NCBI GenBank assembly: GCA_950097015.1
Contig: CATNEN010000012.1
Location: 496,001 to 560,000 of the forward strand
Source: Macrostomum hystrix
Lineage: Eukaryota > Animalia > Platyhelminthes
Length of the DNA: 64,000 bases
Direction: 5' to 3'
A model generated the notes under the pieces. The model was given only the letters and a program-made list of their open reading frames with translations. It ran no database searches and had not been told where the DNA came from. Numbering within the stretch: position 1 is the stretch's first letter; every line of letters begins with the position of its first letter. Below are positions 48,837 to 64,000 of this stretch, in pieces. A program made the position numbers and the translations under genes.

Positions 48837-51151
48837 CATACGATCCAATGTCATTTTTGCTCTGTTGATTGAGCGGACTAAAAGAGTGAAGTGCTAACAC
48901 CGAAAAAAGAAAAGGTCAGGCGATAAAGGCTAGTGGACATCTGTAATAGGCGAAAAAAGTACTCGTAATTTGGCATGCTGGAGTAGCTTTATCTGCCCCG
49001 GCCCCCATTATACAAAAATGTGTTTGGTGGTCATTAATGGTCAAACGTAATTGATGGTCAATATTCCATTTTTTGGATTTGGCCGGACTCTGGGAAAGTT
49101 TCACTTGCATCGTCTGCATTATTGTTGTTATTCTGCTGTTCTGAAACGCTAGAGAGTTTATCTTAACTGCCCTAGTAGTCAGCAAAATGAGTCCAGCAAT
49201 TGTATAAATCCAATTACGCTTCCATATGTGAGCAACGATTTTACAGTTTTTTCAAGGAATCGACAGTACATTTTTATGCCATTTAAGACCATATAGGAAT
49301 AAACAAATTAAGTCTCTCGAGAAACCGACATTTTCGAAATTTCTGGAGCTGATTTTTTGGCACTGTTGTGTTTTAAATCCTAAATAAAAAAGTAGTGGAA
49401 TTTGTTTGATTGAAATTTAAGTCGATATTTAAAAAGTGCAAGTAATTAGGAATAGCGCAGCTTATATTTGTTATTGTTATTGAAGACACACACTGAAGGG
49501 GAAAGGGTGCAGATAACGAGGTGTGAAGTTAAGAATGACGCTATCGTCTATCGATCGGTTATTCAGCACCCCTTGCCAATCTCGTCCCCCCCGCGAGGGG
49601 GGGTTGGTGCGTGCGTAGGCTAACCATAACCAGCCATCGGTTCAACAGATAAGGATAATCCCTCACTTTGGACACACCAACGCATATCGCTGTATGAACG
49701 CGTGCGTGCAAAAGTTTTGTTTGATAAAAACAAATAATTATAAATATTTATTTTATATAGTAGACAGTATAGTAGTAGTAGTAATGCAGTATTCTATGAC
49801 CAAACTCTCTTGAAGGCTGATTGAATCAATTCTTACTCGTACGTTAAGCTGAGCGATGAAATAGGTCCACAGAATCAGTCAATATCGCACCCAGAATGGA
49901 CTGAGACCTAAAGCACAGAAAAAATAGAGCCGTTATTGACGTTTTTAGAGCAAACATTTTCCGAACTGGCACTGCTCGCGAGTCGCGAATGCCTTTTCAC
50001 CCTCCTTTCAGCTTTTAGATTTAAATAGCCAGCTGATGCCAGCATGCAGTAAGCCTTTTGTTAAACTGCAACATTCCAGAGATGAAGCGAGCAGTAATAA
50101 AGCAGATGAAGCTTTTTCACTAAAAAAGCAGAGCACCAGCAGCTCATTGTTGACAGAGTCGAAGACAAAACGTTGCTAATTATTTCTAGCATTCTCATCA
50201 ACATTAAGACGTGTGTGCGGTGTGTCGTTTAATTGCATCAGTCTAAGTAAAAATTTCTCAGCAAGTCCAAAATAATTGATTCCGGAAATTTGCACCGTGT
50301 CTCAGCTCGAGATGTGAAAAATATAGGGTGTACAAAGCTTGTATTTTAGTTTATCGGTGAGATCTTCAGATGCGTCTGTATAGGTGCAACCTTAAGTTTC
50401 TAAATCCCTCTCGAAGACCAAGGCAAAAGCTTTGTCCTGACTGTTCCAATGTGCCAGTTTAAAATATAGCTGAATCCGAATGAAAAGAGTCAAGTTGAAG
50501 AAATCAGAATTCGCAATATCGATATCACAATCCTTGCTTGAGAGGCCCTATGTAAAAAATTATGAGACAAAAGAATGGGGGTTCTAAGAAGCTATTCAGA
50601 TTCTGTCCAACGCCTCAGATCAATGGAGGGCTTGCATTTTATCTAATCCAAAATAACCAGACAATGCGGAGCTGGAGGGATATGCTTTTTCTCTTCCGGA
50701 GAAATCGCATACTTTGCCGGGCCTGGGTCGATATTTTTCAGACCTCAGAACAGCCAGAAGCGTTAAACAGCGACAATGAGATGCGACTGTGAGTGTGTTG
50801 TCCCTGATCAAGAATAGCGCCACAGCTTTTTTATCAGCGCATTCTTCTGACACTGTTGTTGAATAACTGAAAGTATGTATTTTCGCTTGTAAGCTGATGC
50901 CTGATAGTCACATAAATGTAGCTCGGGGCACAAGAAATGCTGATGGAAAGCGAAGTCCGTCGCGTCAACCTGAGGTGAATGGAATAGGCGAAACTATGGA
51001 TTTCTGTTCTCTGGAGCAGGCAAAGAAGAGAGAGAAACGGCTTTTAGAGTGCCTGTATTTTAGTTTGCGATTACAGGGCAAAATTCCGATCACTTCCAAT
51101 GGTCTTTATAGTGACATGCGAGATGTCAATCAGGGCAGTCGCTGAGCGCCC

Positions 51152-52295
51152 TCAGAGCGCGCCGCTCACAGTGCCCAGCTCCAAGTCCGTGAAAGACTGC
51201 GCCCTCCTGTTCCTGGCGCAGCAGAAGCTGGCGACGACGCACTGTCTGAAGGCCTGGCTGCGCCGGATCAGCACAAAGAAATTGAGGCTCTGGTTGACGA
51301 GACTGACCACCATGCTCGAGTAGAACAGGTTGGCCAGCAGGGTCAGGTAGTCCAGATTGTCGGCGATATCCAGCAGGTAAATCGACACCTCCAGGAATGG
51401 TCGACTGACCAGTAGAGGAGTGTGAAGAATGAGGTAGAGAACGGCCAGGATGAGAACGATCACCGTGCCGGATATTTCACTCCTGCCCTCCTGCCTGACT
51501 GCGCCAGTGAAACTCCTTAAAATCCGGCGCTTCCTGACGGCGGCGACAACGCGCGTCAGCAGGAAGCAGTTTAGACCGAGCATCAGCAGGATGAAGATGA
51601 GCGGAGGGTTGGACATGGAGGATGTGTAGCTAAGCATGAACAGGTGAGCCTCAGGTAGGTGGTAGCAGTAGATCAGGACGGTGCCATCGTGCAGGATCAC
51701 ATTCTGGTGGCCCACCAGAATGCCGTTCGGCAGGGCGATCAGGGCGGACAGCATGAAAGAGCCCGCCAGAGCCCGCACCGCCCAGCGGATGCCCACCTTC
51801 TTCATGGCCAGCGGTCGGTGGACAACCAGCACCCGGTCGGTCACCAGCACTGAGCAGCCACACGCAGGACAGCACGTGGCAGAAGTTCAGCGCGTATCGG
51901 GACACCTTGCACATGGCGTCGCTCAGGTTGTAGCTGAAGAAGCCCAGCTTGCCGCCAGTGAGCCACGGCAGGCCCTTGGTGAGGAAGCCGTTGAACATTC
52001 CGATGACGACGAGGCTGAGACTGTCGGCCACCGCGATGCAGCCCAGGTACAGGTTCTGGCGGGTGAGCGGTCGCTGCCTCACCAGCATGACGTGAGCCAC
52101 GATGATGTTGCCAACAAGACCAACCAGGATAATCAAGGGCAGCAGAGTGGCTGACACTGAGCCTATCGCCTGGGACATTGCGCAGAACATGTGCCTGGAC
52201 GGGTCTCCGCTCTGGCAGTCCCGCACGATCTGCATGGCGCTCTCCACATAGCCCACGCGCTCTGGCTTTGCTGAGATGTTGCTCATTTCCTCCAA
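51152..52295 (-). pseudogene. Class A GPCR paralogue with a single 1-nt insertion (pseudogene or assembly error)
   Basis: Two track ORFs join into a full 7TM protein if the extra base at 51851 is removed (CTGCTCAGTGCTG versus CTGCTCGTGCTG in the paralogues). Confidence 0.85.
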
Positions 52296-53012
52296 AGCGA
52301 CCTGCTTTCAAGGCAGTGGACGGTTGAGGAAACAACTTACCCGTAACACGAATTGTGATTGTTAATTATCCGCTAAGACTGCAGTCGGTCTTTTGCAGCA
52401 GAAACTCAAGTAGAATTTCTCAGATTCGGAAGGAGGAATCGGGCTGCAAAGCATCTAATTATACAGAGAACAACAGCGCACGGGTAAGACTGTATTCTGG
52501 TTTCCATGCCGACAAAGTTTCCCAATGCGTATCTCGCCAATAGTCTGTCCTGCGACCAATGGAATTGCTTTTTAGATGAAAATCAATGAGAAGCGTGCGT
52601 TTTCTTCATAAAATCTGTCCATTTCGATATTCTAATTTGACTAAAGAAGAATAAAGATATTTCATGAAACCATGACATCCTACTTTTAGTAGAGTACTAT
52701 GGTTTTGTGTGATTGACCGATATAAGTGCTGCAGTGATTTTTAGTTTGTTTAATATGCTATTTGTCTTCTGTCACCTTTACCATTCTCTTATTCATTCTC
52801 CTGGCTCGTACTTCTGCTCAACTCTTTACTCTGATGCTGGTTGCCCTCAGCTTAATGGCCAATCAAAATGTATTCCAACAGGGCAGTCCAATTTTTATTT
52901 AATTGGGCGCCAAGCAGCATTTGATGCAGGCGCGAGAAAAGAAGTCTGCTATCCTTTAGAAAAGCATTTTGTTGCGCAGCTGCTCACACAGAAGTCGAGA
53001 AAATTGCTGGAA

Positions 53013-54167
53013 ATGGTAAAGAGAATGCTGCAGCAGGAATACAACACACAGAATGATTCTGCAAAGCCAGAGCGCGTGGGCTATGTGGAGAGCGCCATGC
53101 AGATCGTGCGGGACTGCCAGAGCGGAGACCCGTCCAGGCACATGTTCTGCGCAATGTCCCAGGCGATAGGCTCAGTGTCAGCCACTCTGCTGCCCTTGAT
53201 TATCCTGGTTGGTCTTGTTGGCAACATCACCGTGGCTCACGTCATGCTGGTGAGGCAGCGACCGCTCACCCGCCAGAACCTGTACCTGGGCTGCATCGCG
53301 GTGGCCGACAGTCTCAGCCTGGTTGTCATCGGAGTGTTCAACGGCTTCCTCACCAAGGGCCTGCCGTGGCTTACTGGCGGCAAGCTGGGCTTCTTCAGCT
53401 ACAACCTGAGCGACGCCATGTGCAAGGTGTCCCGATACGCGCTGAACTTCTGCCACGTGCTGTCCTGCGTGTGGCTGCTCGTGCTGGTGACTGACCGGGT
53501 GCTGGTTGTCCACCGACCGCTGGCCATGAAGAAGGTCGGCATCCGCTGGGCGGTGCGGGCTCTGGCGGGCTCTTTCGTGCTGTCCGCCCTGATCGCCCTG
53601 CCGAACGGCATTCTGGTGGGCCACCAGAATATGATCCTGCACGATGGCACCGTCCTGATCTACTGCTACCACCTACCTGAGGCTCACCTGTTCATGCTTA
53701 GCTACACATCCTCCATGTCCAACCCTCCGCTCATCTTCATCCTGCTGATGCTCGGCCTAAACTGCTTCCTGCTGACGCGCGTTGTCGCCGCCGTCAGGAA
53801 GCGCCAGCGCTTGACCAACTGCAGTGACAATATACTGAACTCCGCCAAGGAAGTGAATGGCACGCTTATTGTTATTATCCTTGCCATCGTCTATTTGGTT
53901 CTGAATCTGCCGGCTTTGGTGATGAGGCCTATGCTGGAGCTGTCTCTCTATCTGTTGAGAATTGCTGACAACATAGATTACCTTACCGCTTTAGCCAATC
54001 TGGCCTACTGCAGTCTCACACTGGCCCTGATCAACCAGAGCACCAACCTGTTTGTACTGTACAGCCGCAGCGCTTGCTTTAAGCGATGCCTCATGTCGCT
54101 GATAAGACTCAAGCGCCCTGCATCAGCTGCTTATCCGGTGGGCACTGGAATTGACGCCCGCGTTTAA
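53013..54167 (+). CDS. Class A (rhodopsin-like) 7TM GPCR paralogue, intronless
   Basis: Same motifs as the 43885 gene. Likely start is Met at 53013 or 53025 (N-glycosylation site NDS follows). The upstream part of the track ORF from 52713 is AT-rich and has no homology to the paralogues. Confidence 0.9.
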   Translation: MVKRMLQQEYNTQNDSAKPERVGYVESAMQIVRDCQSGDPSRHMFCAMSQAIGSVSATLLPLIILVGLVGNITVAHVMLVRQRPLTRQNLYLGCIAVADSLSLVVIGVFNGFLTKGLPWLTGGKLGFFSYNLSDAMCKVSRYALNFCHVLSCVWLLVLVTDRVLVVHRPLAMKKVGIRWAVRALAGSFVLSALIALPNGILVGHQNMILHDGTVLIYCYHLPEAHLFMLSYTSSMSNPPLIFILLMLGLNCFLLTRVVAAVRKRQRLTNCSDNILNSAKEVNGTLIVIILAIVYLVLNLPALVMRPMLELSLYLLRIADNIDYLTALANLAYCSLTLALINQSTNLFVLYSRSACFKRCLMSLIRLKRPASAAYPVGTGIDARV

Positions 54168-54321
54168 TAAGAGCGTAATGCAGGAAACTAACAAAATGAG
54201 AAATTGATAACTCATTTGTGTTGTTACGTCGATTATCTTTATGTCAGAAAGACTTTAAGCACTGCCACTTTATTGTAAGATCTTCGTTGCAAAATTCTTT
54301 CAATTCTACAGAAGTACCAGG

Positions 54322-54537
54322 TGAAGCAGACACTGCAGTGGAAGCAGACACTGCAGCGGAAGCAGACACTGCAGCGGAAGCAGACACTGCAGCGGAAGCA
54401 GACACTGCAGCGGAAGCAGACACTGCAGCGGAAGCAGACACTGCAGCGGAAGCAGACACTGCAGCGGAAGCAGACACTGCAGCGGAAGCAGACACTGCAG
54501 CGGAAGCAGACACTGCAGCGGAAGCAGACACTGCAGT
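54322..54537. repeat. 18-bp minisatellite (GAAGCAGACACTGCAGCG), about 12 copies
   Basis: Near-perfect tandem units. Confidence 0.95.
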
Positions 54538-55067
54538 TTTCAAATTAATTTTTCTTTCGCTAACCTACAAATTCCAAATTTTGTCCAGCCCTACCATATT
54601 TGTCTATTGCTTTTAGTTCAATTGGAATGCAGTCAATTCTTTAAAGTTGGATGCAACAATTCAAAAAGCCGCTTTGGGAGCAATAAAAATCACATTTCAA
54701 AACAAATTATTCTTCACCCTCAAATGGAATAAAAAATTTGATGAGCAATTCAGACTTTTTTAATTGATAGAGTTGAAATTTCTAAATTCCCAAATAAAAA
54801 TATCTAACAAACGCTCAGTTTCACAAAGTCTCGAAAAGCAATTAAAAGTGCAGAAGAAAGTCCCATTTAATCGGTTGCTATGATCTCGCGAGCAGAGCTG
54901 TAGCTTGTTGCTAATATAAACCTATTCGGTTTTTGTCGTTCCGCATGTGAATACGGTGTCCTATACGGTGAATAAGGGCACTTACAGTTATCCTTGAGAA
55001 ATGTCCGTCAGCAAAAGCCATTTTCCTCACTCTTTTCTTCTAAACTCCATGCTTTCCCTGCTCTCTA

Positions 55068-55510
55068 TTCTGTCTGCTCACTGCATTCTATTCTGTGTGC
55101 TCACTGCATTCTATTCTGTCTGCTCACTGCATTCTATTCTGTGTGCTCACTGCATTCTATTCTGTCTGCTCACTGCATTCTATTCTGTCTGCTCACTGCA
55201 TTCTATTCTGTCTGCTCACTGCATTCTATTCTGTGTGCTCACTGCATTCTATTCTGTCTGCTCACTGCATTCTATTCTGTCTGCTCACTGCATTCTATTC
55301 TGTGTGCTCACTGCATTCTATTCTGTGTGCTCACTGCATTCTATTCTGTCTGCTCACTGCATTCTATTCTGTCTGCTCACTGCATTCTATTCTGTCTGCT
55401 CACTGCATTCTATTCTGTCTGCTCACTGCATTCTATTCTGTCTGCTCACTGCATTCTATTCTGTCTGCTCACTGCATTCTATTCTGTCTGCTCACTGTGT
55501 TCTATTCTGT
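55068..55510. repeat. 23-bp minisatellite (TGCTCACTGCATTCTATTCTGTS), about 19 copies
   Basis: Tandem units directly visible. Confidence 0.95.
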
Positions 55511-57081
55511 CTGCCCCTACATTTAGACTTGGCTTACAGTCTGGTCTTATTGATTTGTTAATAAGAGTGCAAGGTCTTGGATCAACGATTCATAATACAC
55601 GATCCTCAGTTCTCAAAGTGTCAACTACGCGCTAAATCCCATTAACTAATTGGACCAAAGATTTTTTTCGATCCTAGTCATCGTAATGCTCGATCGTAAT
55701 TAGGCTTTACTTATTCTGCTTTTTTCATAATCTGTACCCGGTTACGCCATAGATAGAACACTGGAATTCATGGAAAGCAACGAGTAGCAAAATTTTCTTT
55801 CTTGTTTTACTCGTAGATTTCTCGTTGACTGGCTGCAATCAACAATGTTAAAATTGCTGCATTTGATACTAATTGACTCGTGCTCATGAGTACAATATGA
55901 AGGGGTAATATTTACTAGTCCTATATACATAATTGCTAAAGTTTTTTTCAAGGCCAAATGAATGCAAAGTCCAAACTTCTCCCTCGTGATTGGCTCCCTC
56001 TATAACTAGAGCTAAGCCTAGGCTATCCTGTGGCACTCTCTGATTGGCTGTTGTTAATATGATGCAATTCAACCCCCACTCTCCATATCATTCCTTGCAT
56101 ATGTAGTCGCTATAGTCACTGTCACTCCAAGACAAAAATAGACTCGTATTTCAGCAATATTTACGCACTTATAAGCTCGAAGCATTAGTTTATTTAAAAC
56201 CACGGCATTTATTGTAAACAAAAAACCTGCTGCGCTGTAAACTTTATGATTTAAAAGCGAATCCTTTGTAACAGAAATTCTTATACATCTCTATTAAGTA
56301 TTGATGACTACGAAATACATTCTAGTGCGTATTGTTTTGTTAAAGCCAATATCATTGGATTTCATTGTTAGATTAATATGAGCATTCATTTGTATTCCAA
56401 GAAACACGAAGCAGTATTTTTTCAATCGAGTTTTTACATTCGTATCACACTGCGGCGGGTCATGAATCAGCCAAAAAAATCTGAGTTGCTGTGCAGTCAG
56501 GCCATCCTAAATATGGTGCAGTAGAGCAAGAAAACACTGACTAGAACTGACAGAAGGCAAGCAGCTATTCACAAGTGTCATGTGCCAACAGTTTTGTTAC
56601 TATAGCGCACAAAAAGATTTTGTTGCAGAATCTGTTGTTCTGCCTCAGAGCAGTATCAACGGTTGGCGAACGTTTAAAAGTTGTTCTCGGCTGAGTCTGA
56701 AATTGAATGTGCTCATTTGTTGATCCCATTGGGGAGAACTGTGGTATTTCGATGGTCTCGCAATAAGTCGCATTATACCCAATGCATTGTAGTTAAAATG
56801 CAAGGATTGCTACTGATGCCAGCGAAGTTGAGTAGCCAGATCAGAACACATTCGCTTTATACTGCTCTCGTGAGGATAAAAACGATCAGGTCTCACTTTT
56901 CATGCTTGGGATGGGTTCGGCTGCAAGCTTTAGCTTTGAGACTATGAAAATGGCCCATGAAAGGAAAGTCAATCAGCAATTTAAAAAATTAATTTTGGAG
57001 AGGCAAGCATGGTTGGGACAGACACGCAAACATTTGTTTTGTTAGATAGTTTAGACCAGCCAATCAGAGGGCGCGCAGACT

Positions 57082-63900
<6,819 letters not shown>

Positions 63901-64000
63901 CTGCGAAGTTGAGGATTTTCAGATAAAGACTTCAAATTTATTGGGATCATTGGGATTTGTGTTGCTAGTGATTTGTACTGATATGTTCTGTGGTATATAT

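Noticed and set aside
52713-53012. Long N-terminal extension of the 484-aa GPCR ORF
   Set aside because: Non-ATG start, AT-rich composition, and absent from the three paralogues.
32863-54167. Crypton recombinase acting as the invertase for the GPCR inverted pair
   Set aside because: No copy of the candidate core site (CGGGTTGTA arms) was seen in or near the GPCR arms; being 17 kb apart is not support.

Overview
This is eukaryotic animal genomic DNA, with GC-rich exons, AT-rich spacers, GT-AG introns and about 21 unrelated minisatellite arrays. The style suggests a free-living flatworm such as Macrostomum (inference only). Genes reconstructed by hand: (1) a 14-exon phosphorylase kinase alpha subunit (PHKA, +, 5463-21342, one apparent 1-nt frameshift); (2) RAB28 with an intronless CDS (-); (3) PEX13 (-); (4) a small secreted Cys-rich protein; (5) a cluster of four class A GPCR paralogues (two intact, one frameshifted, one 5' fragment), two of them forming an inverted head-to-head pair with near-identical arms; (6) the 3' part of a PCBP/mub-type KH-domain gene (-). 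Mobile DNA: a Crypton-type tyrosine recombinase ORF with all catalytic residues present, a non-autonomous hAT element with TIRs and TSD, a truncated LINE (RT + RNase H) inserted in a satellite, tRNA-derived SINEs and a Helitron-like 3' end. Most long ORFs in the supplied track are artefacts of tandem repeats. The most interesting areas are the Crypton locus (31.3-34.4 kb), the inverted and mosaic GPCR cluster, and the one-private-minisatellite-per-intron architecture. All coordinates were counted by hand, with no searches run.
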